A stretch of DNA of 64,000 nucleotides. Origin: Candidatus Omnitrophota bacterium. Its GTDB lineage: Bacteria; Omnitrophota; Gorgyraeia; Zapsychrales; Zapsychraceae. Of this stretch, positions 39,201-47,898 are shown piece after piece. Both the position numbers and the translations under genes were made by a program. Position 1 is the first letter of the stretch. Every line of letters begins with the position of its first letter. The DNA is taken from positions 132,876-196,875 of the forward strand of contig JAJDCB010000030.1 in the NCBI GenBank assembly GCA_029261065.1, written 5' to 3'. The notes under the pieces were generated by a model. The model saw only the letters and a program-made list of their open reading frames with translations. It did not search any database and had not been told where the DNA came from.

Positions 39201-40304
39201 TTGTGTTGGAATGTTAAATTTAATTTTTTTGGTTGAAAGATCTTTCATGGAATGAATATTAAGCGAGACGGCTAATTCCGTTTGTCCTTGAGTATATTTC
39301 AAACTTCCATCAAGTAATAGTAGAGATGACTTTAGCTGTTGATCCATCTGTGTTAATCGTAATTCTTCGTTGAGGTAACGAAGATGCTCTCGGTCTAAAA
39401 CTATGACTTGCGAAGATTTTGACAAATCTGCTGTCAGAAACATTTTTAAGGCTTCAATGTGGCCATCTAAGGCGACGGTCGGTTCTTCACTTTTAAAATC
39501 CAAAAAAGCAATATGATGTCTTTGGGGAGCTGGTGTTTTAAGAGTTTGATTCGTTTGGACAATAGCCTCGACAATCCAATCAAGATTTTTTTTCACATGG
39601 GCTTGTTCTAGAAGAACAGTATTTAATGTTATGGCTGTTGTACTTTCTACAAAACGTAAACGTATCATGGGTGGCTCAGATGTTGGCACTTTTTCTACAA
39701 TAAGCAAAACATCCGCCGATAATAAATTCCCTAACTTTGCCGATTGTTTTGGATCGATAAAGCCTCCAGCACTTAGAGATAGCTCATCAATGGCGTTCCA
39801 GATCTGTGTTCTTTCTAAAAGGACAAGATTATCGAGTTGAGAAAGTTGAACTTCTAGTAGATCGATGACGGGCTCATAGACATTGCGCTGATTTTGACCG
39901 GGGATGATGGCTATTTGAATGGAGGGAAGATTTGAAGGCGGGATGTAAGTACTTTCTGTTAACCCATCTTTGAATGGAGCTGCAGATTTAAATTCGCTAA
40001 TGTGTTGTATCTGTTGAGGTGTGTCATTGTAATTTGGTACTGTTCCAATAGTGCTTTTGGATAATGATGCAGGGTCGATCCCTCTTTTGCGCAATTCATT
40101 ATGGGATTTCTTTAGTTGCCTTTTATAATCCTTGGATTTCATCCATTGGGAATAATCGTTATAAAAGTCAGTCGAACCTTGAGATTTTGCCATCTTAGTA
40201 TTCCAATATATCCTCTCATAGTGATAAGGACTAGAAGGCCGCAGGAATATAACAAACATACCTGTGAGAATGAGGGAATAAATGAGTAATCTTTTTGCGT
40301 TCAT
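36201..40304 (-). CDS. Giant (1367 aa) secreted multidomain protein: N-terminal TM/signal, two CsgG/LpoB-like periplasmic modules, a long TPR/helical region and a C-terminal beta-propeller. It is a paralogue of 54800..57892.
   Basis: Hydrophobic N-terminus 'LLIYSLILTGMFVIFL'. The modules 'IQIAIIPGQN...LVLLERTQIWNAIDELSL' and 'HIAFLDFKSEE...VIVLDREHLRYLNEEL' fit a CsgG-like pattern. The C-terminal region 'ILSLASHKDLLYVGVGP...GKSGLIALN...NLWLSIAGDVSRNGLWQYNFKSK' is colinear with the C-terminus of the 1030-aa protein. Confidence 0.7.
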   Translation of the reverse strand: MNAKRLLIYSLILTGMFVIFLRPSSPYHYERIYWNTKMAKSQGSTDFYNDYSQWMKSKDYKRQLKKSHNELRKRGIDPASLSKSTIGTVPNYNDTPQQIQHISEFKSAAPFKDGLTESTYIPPSNLPSIQIAIIPGQNQRNVYEPVIDLLEVQLSQLDNLVLLERTQIWNAIDELSLSAGGFIDPKQSAKLGNLLSADVLLIVEKVPTSEPPMIRLRFVESTTAITLNTVLLEQAHVKKNLDWIVEAIVQTNQTLKTPAPQRHHIAFLDFKSEEPTVALDGHIEALKMFLTADLSKSSQVIVLDREHLRYLNEELRLTQMDQQLKSSLLLLDGSLKYTQGQTELAVSLNIHSMKDLSTKKIKFNIPTQNIQKARNILNKKILNAINVKTTDVKQISPVEEAKLFLKRVPLFLSSAEHDLAIQHAEVAFSLNPTQKARYWLARSWYEMGWTLADGFGGMTAGLSSSFHPGNTKAVTVVQIKSKTDNTLPSKNKINVNRSFWGDTSTILKKASSRPHTSYDNLEKKKRTVSAFLRSYTLYYELAREHARRVDTGLEVSLEIPNPIKYPNTSRYYHERGEWPLPVQIHDDEYHVKKLNDQFMNMRKQLLKFQEDFYKNHYKNLTNSKAYWQSWRDKKDLIMDSKPKDSSKIVPFLKNIITAFIETENDYHPARFKGLLYCTAIDNHHRLYPKLKKLFQAYTKSTNDFVRLVSFNHLIPYEKNASSIAQLQILTNSFPYSHPIWQLEDLSILPNLIRTATTHAALNHSPELIQTLQSVFAGMIRSNDANNLVAWRQHVWPYLNALEIAKKKAQLVQTLNKMIAVLEQNNYKNSSSDAKLLRGRLELKLVKLGVKKNFEPKYQAYLELDKSPYYLRMSPELEPPRLGEDVDYSTMFPDDGSDSFKNSVVRGHNNQGTAVFVAYNSPKSSQSHNTDGAISARSSAYTLVDEVYTTGSPNKSKSNESVSDYTLEKMPTRVGYQLGDAQSSLGRIETRSNFFFEKFFIHDNTFYTVDIHVQGQGLNLVNFYEYPLNYPDKIRKVGFIKVQSSPKKPLEVTAMATNDQFIFVGTNVGIIAVKKQTGTIIPSQHALKSGSNYQGYYLVTEPTTSANQAKILNTTTTFPFDNILSLASHKDLLYVGVGPLSKDQKFGLKGKSGLIALNTQNWDYEILASTTNLSADNALDAGRSYQIKSIAIDEQNDNLWLSIAGDVSRNGLWQYNFKSKVLTQRVKENLDVEKLIFSDGRITYYMPKSGISRYDPKTNVKTWLIGYKPSGYTGIEIPRPPNNLTGEPIMGHPQTRLIPMATDGNRLLTFQWTMANINIHDQIKKTFTQEVKDPSIKYGNGIVFMTNAKDGVWVIDTYGSVFLMKRRK

Positions 40305-40520
40305 GGCTTTGTATTATAGGGTAGTATTGGATTTTTGACAAGTTTGGTAGAAGATTACCGCAGGTGTATGTGGTTTTTATAGCATGTATATATAACCTGT
40401 TTATTTACAACTATTTATGTAAAAAGTGAGTCTTTGAGAATATCATTATTAATTTTTATTCATACGTAACTTGTTTATTAACAATGTTTTAAGAAAAATA
40501 AATTAATCCCTCTCCCTCCC

Positions 40521-40553
40521 TTGCATCTAGGTGTACTATGTTCTATAATACAC
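40521..40553 (+). promoter_or_regulatory. Predicted sigma70 promoter (TTGCAT, 17 nt, TATAAT) overlapped by the palindrome GTGTA-N13-TACAC, a candidate operator for the downstream GntR regulator
   Basis: TTGCAT at 40521-40526, TATAAT at 40544-40549, inverted repeat at 40531-40535 and 40549-40553. It lies 74 nt upstream of the first DUF3592 gene. Confidence 0.4.
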
Positions 40554-40626
40554 TTAGGACATCAAACGAGGTTAAGGTGTTCGAAGCTGTGGTTAGGCTT
40601 GATGGGTATATAAGGAGGGCGTTATT

Positions 40627-41070
40627 ATGTTGTTTCGTATTAATAAATTTGAAGGTTTTATCATTTTGGTCATTGGGTGTTTTATCATGTTTTCTTGTTA
40701 TAACAAGGCTCAATTGACTAAGGAAAGTAAGGGTTGGCCAACTGTTGAGGCTCAAGTGATCTCAACTAATATGATAGAGGAGGAGTTTTTTCCTTTAAAT
40801 TACTTGGGTTTGAAATGGAAGTCTCAGGTGACATATTCTTATGATGTTGCTGGAACGAATTACACCAAGGATATAGAGAAGAGTTTGATGAATCACGCTC
40901 GTGCTGAGAAATTTATTCAAAAATATCCTGTGAATGAAAAGTTAAATATTCACTATAATCCAGAAAACCCAGATGAAATGGTCTTTGATCAGGGCATCCA
41001 TAGAGAATTGTATCTGAGTTCAATTTTGGGTATTGGTATTGTGGTGGCTGGGTTGTTGTTGTGTTTGTAG
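40627..41070 (+). CDS. DUF3592-family membrane protein
   Basis: N-terminal TM helix, 'KGWPTVEAQVIS...LKWKSQVTYSYDVAGTNYT', C-terminal TM helix. It is a paralogue of the next gene. Confidence 0.55.
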   Translation: MLFRINKFEGFIILVIGCFIMFSCYNKAQLTKESKGWPTVEAQVISTNMIEEEFFPLNYLGLKWKSQVTYSYDVAGTNYTKDIEKSLMNHARAEKFIQKYPVNEKLNIHYNPENPDEMVFDQGIHRELYLSSILGIGIVVAGLLLCL

Positions 41071-41089
41071 TATTAAGGAGCGCATTAAA

Positions 41090-41542
41090 ATGAGGTTACA
41101 TATTAATAAATTTGATAGTTTAATTATTCTTGTCATTGTCTCTTTTTTCATGATTTCCTATTTTAAAAAGGCTAATCTTACGCAAGCACGTAAAACATGG
41201 CCAACGGTTGAAGGCCGAGTGGTAGCAACAGAAATAATAAAGGAAGAATACTTTCCTTTAGGTTACTTTGGGCTGAAATGGAGGGCTCAAGTAACATATT
41301 CTTATGATATAGGTGGTATTAAATATACAGATGATATAAAAACATGTTTTATGAGTAGTTCAGACGTTCAAGAATTTGTTAACGGTTATAATACAAATGT
41401 TTATGTGAATGTTAATTATAATCCAGAAAATTCGAGCGAGACAAATTTGGGTCATGTAAATGGTTATGACAATTTTCTTTGTAATTTGCCTATTTTTATG
41501 TTTGTTTCATTTGGGGATTCAAATATTTTCTTTTGGGACTAA
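41090..41542 (+). CDS. DUF3592-family membrane protein (tandem paralogue)
   Basis: 'KTWPTVEGRVVATE...LKWRAQVTYSYDIGGIKYT', about 45% identical to the previous ORF. The start was set at the ATG preceded by RBS aggag. Confidence 0.55.
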   Translation: MRLHINKFDSLIILVIVSFFMISYFKKANLTQARKTWPTVEGRVVATEIIKEEYFPLGYFGLKWRAQVTYSYDIGGIKYTDDIKTCFMSSSDVQEFVNGYNTNVYVNVNYNPENSSETNLGHVNGYDNFLCNLPIFMFVSFGDSNIFFWD

Positions 41543-41568
41543 AGAAAAAAAGAGGAAAAGAGCACATT

Positions 41569-41952
41569 ATGCTGGCATTTTCTGTAGAATTTAAATCAGG
41601 GGTTCCCATGTATGAGCAGGTGGTGTTTGCTGTGAAGAAAGCGATGATTAGTGGGCAATTAAGGGCTGGGGAGAAGTTTCCTTCGGTAAGAGAGATGAGT
41701 AAGGAATTAAAGATTAATCCTAACACCGCTCAAAAGGTTGTTGCTCATTTAGTTAGAGAAAAGCTCTTAACGATTGAACCGGGGAAGGGAAGCTTTGTTA
41801 ATGATTTTACGCGCGCCACAGATGAGAAGTTTGATGAAGTATTAGTGCCTCAAATTGAGCAGCTGGTTGTAGAGGCTAAGCGATTATCGATTGATCAAGA
41901 TGAAATCTTAAAGGCCATTCAAAATTTGTGGAATAAAGAGCAAGGAGAGTAG
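41569..41952 (+). CDS. GntR-family transcriptional regulator (short YtrA-like type)
   Basis: wHTH 'EKFPSVREMSKELKINPNTAQKVVAHLVREKLLTIEPGKGSFV', about 127 aa. It is followed by an ABC ATPase and permease, as in ytrA-type operons. Confidence 0.8.
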   Translation: MLAFSVEFKSGVPMYEQVVFAVKKAMISGQLRAGEKFPSVREMSKELKINPNTAQKVVAHLVREKLLTIEPGKGSFVNDFTRATDEKFDEVLVPQIEQLVVEAKRLSIDQDEILKAIQNLWNKEQGE

Positions 41953-41956
41953 AGAT

Positions 41957-42877
41957 ATGGCAAACGTCATTGAAATCCAGGGGTTAAGCAAAAGCTTTGC
42001 AAAGATTCAAACGGTAAAAGATGTGAGTCTCACGATTCCTAGGGGAAGTATTTTTGCTCTTCTAGGTCCTAATGGGGCTGGCAAATCGACAACGATTAAG
42101 ATGTTGATGAATTTTATTCAACCGAATCAAGGAAAAATATCAGTGTTAGGTGTTGATGGGCAGAAACTAGGGCCCAAACAATTAGAACAGATCGGTTATG
42201 TATCGGAAAATCAAGAAATGTTGCCGTGGATGACGGTGGATCAGTTTCTTAAATTTTGCAGCACAATGTATCCAACGTGGAATCAGGGGTATTGTCAGCA
42301 GCTAATGGAGAAGTTTCGCCTGCCGGGGAATCAAAAAATCAAAGATTTATCACGCGGGATGAAGATGAAGGTGGCTTTGATTTCATCTATCGCTTATCGT
42401 CCGCAATTACTTATCTTAGATGAACCGTTTAGCGGCCTTGATCCCCTGGTTCGTGAAGAGTTGATCACAGGGGTTTTAGATCTGACTGAAAATGAAAATT
42501 GGACGATTCTACTTTCTTCACATGATATGGAAGAGGTGGAGCGGTTAGCGGATCATGTCGGTATCATGAATAACGGTGAGCTTGTTTTGAATGAAGAAAT
42601 AGAATCTCTACAACAGCGGTTTCGTCAGATAGAGATCGTGCTAGAACAACCATCTGTCGGTACGATCCCCGAAAAGGATGACTTGTATTTGATAGAGAAT
42701 CAGGATCGTCTCATTCGTTTTGTTGATAGTCAATATCAAGCGCTGCAAAGGGAAGAACTCTATAAGCAACTATTTCCATCGTTAGTAAGCGTGAACGTTA
42801 AGGTGATGACATTAAGAGAAGTCTTTATTGCACTTGCCAAACATTATTCTATTCAAGGATTAAAGGCCGCCTCATGA
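41957..42877 (+). CDS. ABC transporter ATP-binding protein
   Basis: Walker A 'GPNGAGKST', signature 'LSRGMKMKVAL', Walker B 'LILDEP', 306 aa with a C-terminal extension. Confidence 0.9.
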   Translation: MANVIEIQGLSKSFAKIQTVKDVSLTIPRGSIFALLGPNGAGKSTTIKMLMNFIQPNQGKISVLGVDGQKLGPKQLEQIGYVSENQEMLPWMTVDQFLKFCSTMYPTWNQGYCQQLMEKFRLPGNQKIKDLSRGMKMKVALISSIAYRPQLLILDEPFSGLDPLVREELITGVLDLTENENWTILLSSHDMEEVERLADHVGIMNNGELVLNEEIESLQQRFRQIEIVLEQPSVGTIPEKDDLYLIENQDRLIRFVDSQYQALQREELYKQLFPSLVSVNVKVMTLREVFIALAKHYSIQGLKAAS

Positions 42878-42934
42878 AATGGGCGAGCCTCGTCATTTTT
42901 ATGAAAATAAAGAGACAACGACGGGAGAAATAGT

Positions 42935-44683
42935 ATGGCCATGGTTTTTCAAATATTGAAAAAAGATGTGTATCGATTACGGATGTGGATCTTTGTTTGG
43001 TTCGTTTTTCTGGGTTTGCAAATGGTGTTGGGGTTGAAGGCGACACATTTATCTATTCATAATTTATATTTTCAATTATCTTTGCCTATGATTTTTGGGG
43101 TTGTTGGTATCTCACAGATTTTGCTTATGGCCATTATCATTTCTTTTCTTATCCACGAGGATGCTTTAGTAGGTACAACATCTTTCTGGATGTCTCGTCC
43201 CATTGCTCGGTCATCTTTATTCATGTCAAAATTTACGTTTGTGTGTTTAGTACTAATCTTGCCTTCTCTTATTATGGAGATGATCGTATTGGCAGCTAAT
43301 CATTTTAGCTTCCAACTTCTTTTATTAGGTGTTCCTGAAATTTTACTAGAGAAATTAATTCTGATCGTTCCTTTGATGGTTTTAGCCTCTGTAACCATTC
43401 GATTATCACAATATACGTTTATTGGTATTAGTTTTTTGTTTGTCTATGTGCTCCTGATGCCAGGTATGGTACATAGTAGTATTTTTTTGCCAATATTTCG
43501 AACACACAGTTTCACACATTATGTGGATATCACTACATTTCATTTTTATTCGTTACGTTTGTCTTCTCAGTTAATTGCCCAAATTTTATTTTTAATACTA
43601 AGTATGATAGTACTCATTCATCAATTTTTGACGCGACGTACAAAAAGAACATTTTGTTTTATTGTTATTGCCTTTGTGATGGCTAATGGTGTTGGTTATC
43701 AATGGAAGATTGATTTTTTGAAAGAGAATTCCTCTAAACAAGTTCAAGAAGTTGTGGATCCCGTTATTAAGGTTTCTCTGGATTTAAATCATGTTTTTAT
43801 CGATAACATGCCTAGAGCGGGGGCCAAGGCTAAGAAGATAAAAGTTATCCAAGTTAAACAAGACGTTAAAGGTCTTTCAGACAAATATTTAACGTTTTTA
43901 AAAGAAACAAAGAATGCTCGCATGATTTACGATGATGGGTTCACTCTAACATCTGAAACAATGGGTGCCAGAATTTCAAAAGATTCCTATGGAGATTACA
44001 GAATTATGAAGTCTTTACAAATCGTTTTGAAAGATTATGAATTGATGAATCCTTTTGAGAAAGAATTTTCATATTCACATATTTTTCAACTTCCCGAACA
44101 AACATTTAATCTTCATAAAGGTAAAATTGGACGGTTTGAGGCGCGATTAATTTACGATATCTATGAATATCAACTAGACGTAGCCCTTTCAGCTAAAGCT
44201 TTTCAAAGATACTCTAATAATTCAGAAGATTTAGCCATTTTAGATGTAAACAAACGTCAGGATGGGGTTACGATTTTTGTTGTTGAGAAAAATAGTAACT
44301 TTTTATTCGATAGAAGCAAACCTTATGTTAGTCAAGGGTATCACGATATGCTGTCAGCTAATAGTTTTGAGCAAGTGTATTTACTGCGCAATAAACGTTT
44401 GAAACAAGCCTATTTGGCAGAAATATCTAATGATAGGATTGTTTTAAATCAGAATGTTATGCGGTCACATTCACAACGGATGACGCAAAAAATTAAACCC
44501 CTAGATTTTCTTCACATCAATGAACGCAATGAAGATATGCCTGTGATTGATGAGGATTGGTTGAAAGATGCTGAACTGATACGGTTACGTGCAAAGAAAG
44601 TTGGTTCTGTAGAGAAGGATGTTTCATATTCAAGATTTTACTTGCCAGCTCAATCAAGCGAGCTTAAGGCAAGGGGGAAGTAA
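42935..44683 (+). CDS. ABC-2-type transporter permease with a large C-terminal extracytoplasmic domain
   Basis: It has about 6 N-terminal TM helices and a ~330-aa soluble C-terminal region, and is co-operonic with the ATPase. Confidence 0.6.
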   Translation: MAMVFQILKKDVYRLRMWIFVWFVFLGLQMVLGLKATHLSIHNLYFQLSLPMIFGVVGISQILLMAIIISFLIHEDALVGTTSFWMSRPIARSSLFMSKFTFVCLVLILPSLIMEMIVLAANHFSFQLLLLGVPEILLEKLILIVPLMVLASVTIRLSQYTFIGISFLFVYVLLMPGMVHSSIFLPIFRTHSFTHYVDITTFHFYSLRLSSQLIAQILFLILSMIVLIHQFLTRRTKRTFCFIVIAFVMANGVGYQWKIDFLKENSSKQVQEVVDPVIKVSLDLNHVFIDNMPRAGAKAKKIKVIQVKQDVKGLSDKYLTFLKETKNARMIYDDGFTLTSETMGARISKDSYGDYRIMKSLQIVLKDYELMNPFEKEFSYSHIFQLPEQTFNLHKGKIGRFEARLIYDIYEYQLDVALSAKAFQRYSNNSEDLAILDVNKRQDGVTIFVVEKNSNFLFDRSKPYVSQGYHDMLSANSFEQVYLLRNKRLKQAYLAEISNDRIVLNQNVMRSHSQRMTQKIKPLDFLHINERNEDMPVIDEDWLKDAELIRLRAKKVGSVEKDVSYSRFYLPAQSSELKARGK

Positions 44684-44701
44684 GGGAAGGAGGGGGTAAA
44701 G

Positions 44702-44887
44702 ATGATGTTAAATCAAATGTCTGATGAAAAATTAATAGAAAAAGTTAATACTTTAGAAGAGGCCGAGCGCCGCGTTTATTTAGAATTAAAAAAGCGCAAA
44801 ATTCCGTTAATTCGTAAGAATGGAAAAGTCATTATTTTGAATCCAGATTCAAAATTATGGTTAAAAAAATATTGTGCGATGCTTTAA
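44702..44887 (+). CDS. Small hypothetical protein (61 aa)
   Basis: An ORF with RBS-like 'ggaggggg' upstream. No family was recognised. Confidence 0.3.
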   Translation: MMLNQMSDEKLIEKVNTLEEAERRVYLELKKRKIPLIRKNGKVIILNPDSKLWLKKYCAML

Positions 44888-44926
44888 TTTTTGTGAATTT
44901 CGCATAAACCTTGAAAGGAAACAAAG

Positions 44927-45973
44927 ATGAGAAAAATATTACTACTTATTATTATGATGGCCATGTCTTTACCGGCTATGGCGCAGGAGATGACGGCACA
45001 GGAGATTGTGCAAAAGGCGAAAGAGAAATATCAATCTATGAAAAGTTACTCTTCAAAGGTTCGTAGTATCTCAGAGGGGGCTATTTCGGGGCGACCATTT
45101 AAGGATTCAAGGAAGGCCGAGGTTATAATGGCTCGTCCTAATCTCTATAAAATTACGTGGAGCAATGTGAAGCCTTATCAAGGGAAGGAAGATGTTGTTT
45201 GGAATAGTGGCGAAGGGGCTTATATGTATAGTTCTATGACGAACGGTTATTCTAAATATAATTCCGATGTTATGATTTTTGGTGCAGCAACAGGGATCTC
45301 TTCAAACGCCACATTAACGATGCCTTCAATCTTTTATGCCTTGCCGGAAATGCCGTCATTTTTTGATTCATTAAAAAAATTGGAATATTTAGGGGTTGAG
45401 AATGTGGCTGGCAAAGATTGTTATAAGTTAAAGGGCAAAACGCTTTATTCATCCGAGCATTATATCTGGATTGAGGTGGGGCAGTTTTTGTTAATTAAAA
45501 ATCAATATGTTCATGATGTTGATTCTTCTATGGCTGAGAAAGTTGAGATGAGCGACGAACAATATGCAGAATCTGTTCGGGCAATGGGGGTTGAGGTGAC
45601 AGATGAGAAAATTGCTTTTATGAAAAAAATGTCTGATTTTGGACAGGAAATGACAGAAAATGTAGAAATAGATTTGCAGCGTAAAGAAATTTTTACAAAT
45701 ATTAAGGTTGATGAGTCGGTTGAGAATTATAATTTTGATTTTAAAGTGCCAGCCAGTGCCAAACTAGAAACTAATTATTTTGATGCAATGTTTTCTGGTG
45801 ATATTGATTTGGATAAGCTCCAAGAATCTCAAGAAGCTCTCATGGAGATGATGGGCAAGGAAGACTTTGATCCAAAGGAAACTCAGAAAATAATGAAAGA
45901 TTTGGAAGATTCAATGAACGTAGATTCAAAGAATGAGAAAAATAAAGAACATATGCAAGATGATGCTTATTAG
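44927..45973 (+). CDS. Secreted LolA-fold-like (outer-membrane lipoprotein carrier/sorting-like) protein with an acidic C-terminal extension
   Basis: Signal peptide 'LLLIIMMAMSLPAMAQE' and an N-terminal pattern 'QEIVQKAKEKYQSMKSYSSKV...PNLYKITW' resembling LolA/LolB/DUF4367-type unclosed barrels. This is a weak assignment. Confidence 0.45.
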   Translation: MRKILLLIIMMAMSLPAMAQEMTAQEIVQKAKEKYQSMKSYSSKVRSISEGAISGRPFKDSRKAEVIMARPNLYKITWSNVKPYQGKEDVVWNSGEGAYMYSSMTNGYSKYNSDVMIFGAATGISSNATLTMPSIFYALPEMPSFFDSLKKLEYLGVENVAGKDCYKLKGKTLYSSEHYIWIEVGQFLLIKNQYVHDVDSSMAEKVEMSDEQYAESVRAMGVEVTDEKIAFMKKMSDFGQEMTENVEIDLQRKEIFTNIKVDESVENYNFDFKVPASAKLETNYFDAMFSGDIDLDKLQESQEALMEMMGKEDFDPKETQKIMKDLEDSMNVDSKNEKNKEHMQDDAY

Positions 45974-45991
45974 CAAGGAGTTTAATAATAA

Positions 45992-46813
45992 ATGAGGATA
46001 CGAAATATTACTATTATGGGAGTGTTGTGTTTGCTGCTGACGAGTTTCGCTTCTTCTCAAGAAGTTGTTTCAAACGAGAACGATTCTTCTTTTGAGTTAG
46101 TTGTATTTCCAGCGCAGTTTTTTGAAAATAAAGAGCAGCAGGCTGGAGAACATCATTATTTTGGTGGTCAGACGATATATTTACCGTTTGTGACAAATGG
46201 ATCGAAACCTTCAGTGCTAAAGGTTGAGCTGGTGCAAAAAGCATTTTCGTTAACTGCGCAGTATGAAACAAATGCGCAGGTTGATTTGGATGCAAATCAG
46301 ATTGTCATAGATCTTCCCATTGTTAAAAGAGAAGTTGTATTTGAAATGATCATCAAACAGCAAGACATGACGGAAAAAAGTTGGATGGATGTTGTTCGTG
46401 TTGACATTCATGTCTATCCCAACGATATCCTTAAGCCCATGCAAGAGTGGGCCAAAGAGGTTCAATTGCGGATTAAAGATCGAGAAGGGGTTTTGACGCA
46501 AGTATTGGAGGAAAAAGAAATTGAATATGTCGATTACAGGGCGGCTTACCCTAAGAAGGAAGATATTAAAGCTGTGACGATTGTGGTGGGGGATCCTGAT
46601 GAAAAATTTTTAGAGGAGAAGACGTGGCATGCCACGGAGAGTTTGATTATATTACGCAACAAAGAGGGGGGATTGCCCAAGGTTTTGGTGCGTCCCATTA
46701 AGACGGGGATGTTGATTGACTCTTCAGTGCCCACGGTTGGGAAGCTTAAGAATAATCCGCGAAATCAAAAAATGTTGTTGGAGACCATACGATTATCCAA
46801 CACGCTTAATTAA
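45992..46813 (+). CDS. Hypothetical secreted protein
   Basis: Signal peptide, 273 aa. No family was recognised. Confidence 0.5.
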   Translation: MRIRNITIMGVLCLLLTSFASSQEVVSNENDSSFELVVFPAQFFENKEQQAGEHHYFGGQTIYLPFVTNGSKPSVLKVELVQKAFSLTAQYETNAQVDLDANQIVIDLPIVKREVVFEMIIKQQDMTEKSWMDVVRVDIHVYPNDILKPMQEWAKEVQLRIKDREGVLTQVLEEKEIEYVDYRAAYPKKEDIKAVTIVVGDPDEKFLEEKTWHATESLIILRNKEGGLPKVLVRPIKTGMLIDSSVPTVGKLKNNPRNQKMLLETIRLSNTLN

Positions 46814-46828
46814 ATAGGAGGAAGTAAA

Positions 46829-47863
46829 ATGAAATTAGTCGAAAAAATGAAATGTGTTGTAACGATGATTTTGGTAGGAGGGGTAATGTTAGTGTTCTCA
46901 ACATCATCTTTCGCTCAAGAAGTCGTCAAAGAAAGTGAAGGTGAAAGTAAAAGTGAAGTGGTTACCCCATCTTACACAGTCGCTGTATTACCTTTTGAAG
47001 CCAGCGGCAATGAGTTAAAGGATGTGGCCCCAGAGGTGTCGCTTCTTATGAATACTTGTCTTTCTGGGAAAGATGGGATTGCCTTGGTCGAACGGGACAA
47101 GTTGGATAAAGCGATCTCAGAGATGGAGATTGGGATTTCAGGAACAGTGGATCCCCAAATAGCGGCTCAAATTGGACAAATTACGGGTGCTAAAATTCTG
47201 ATTACAGGTCGCGTGTTTGTTGTCCAGAATGAATTGTTTTTGGTCGCCAAGATTATTGGTTCTGAAACAAGCCAGGTGTTTGCTGAAACAGTTAGTATTT
47301 CTTTTAAAGAGTCTCACGCGGATGCGACGAAACAACTGGCTCAAAAAGTTGCCAGAACAATTGCTGCTAAAGGTGAAACATTAATCGCGAAGAAAAAGCA
47401 AACGCATGATTCTCTGGAAGATTTAAAGTACATGTTAGAAGGACGAGAGAATCTTCCTGTTATTTCTGTAGCCATTATTGAACGTCATGTGAGCCAACTC
47501 ACATTAGATCCTGCGGCAGAAACAGAAATTAATATGACATTAGCCAGTGTCGGCTTCCCCATAGTTGATCCTAATACAACTGTCGAACAACCAGACATTG
47601 AAATTACAGGCGAAGCCTTTAGCGAATTCGGCATGAGAAACGGCAATCTTGTTTCCACCAAAGCACGCGTAGAAGTCAAAGTCATCGAACGCACAACCGG
47701 CAAAATCCTCGCCGTCGATCGCGAAACAGGTGTCGCTGTCGATTTATCCGAACAAATAGCCGGCAAGACAGCCATTCAAGAAGCCGCTAAGAAAATTGCT
47801 ATTCGTATCATTCCAAAGATTGTTGATTCTATGGAAGATTCTAAGGTGTTTGTTTCGGAATAG
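46829..47863 (+). CDS. Secreted protein with tandem CsgG/LpoB-like periplasmic modules
   Basis: Signal peptide, 'SYTVAVLPFEASGNELKD...IALVERDKLDKAISEMEIGISG...GAKILITGRVF' and a second related module 'LPVISVAIIERHVSQL...'. Confidence 0.55.
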   Translation: MKLVEKMKCVVTMILVGGVMLVFSTSSFAQEVVKESEGESKSEVVTPSYTVAVLPFEASGNELKDVAPEVSLLMNTCLSGKDGIALVERDKLDKAISEMEIGISGTVDPQIAAQIGQITGAKILITGRVFVVQNELFLVAKIIGSETSQVFAETVSISFKESHADATKQLAQKVARTIAAKGETLIAKKKQTHDSLEDLKYMLEGRENLPVISVAIIERHVSQLTLDPAAETEINMTLASVGFPIVDPNTTVEQPDIEITGEAFSEFGMRNGNLVSTKARVEVKVIERTTGKILAVDRETGVAVDLSEQIAGKTAIQEAAKKIAIRIIPKIVDSMEDSKVFVSE

Positions 47864-47898
47864 AGGAATTCATGTTTTGTAAAGAGGAGAATAATTAT

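Noticed and set aside
42849-43046. Small ORFs 42849..43046 (-), 44702..44887 (+), 9008..9259 (+)
   Set aside because: The first and third overlap stronger genes. 44702..44887 is kept at low confidence only because it is non-overlapping and has an RBS-like sequence.
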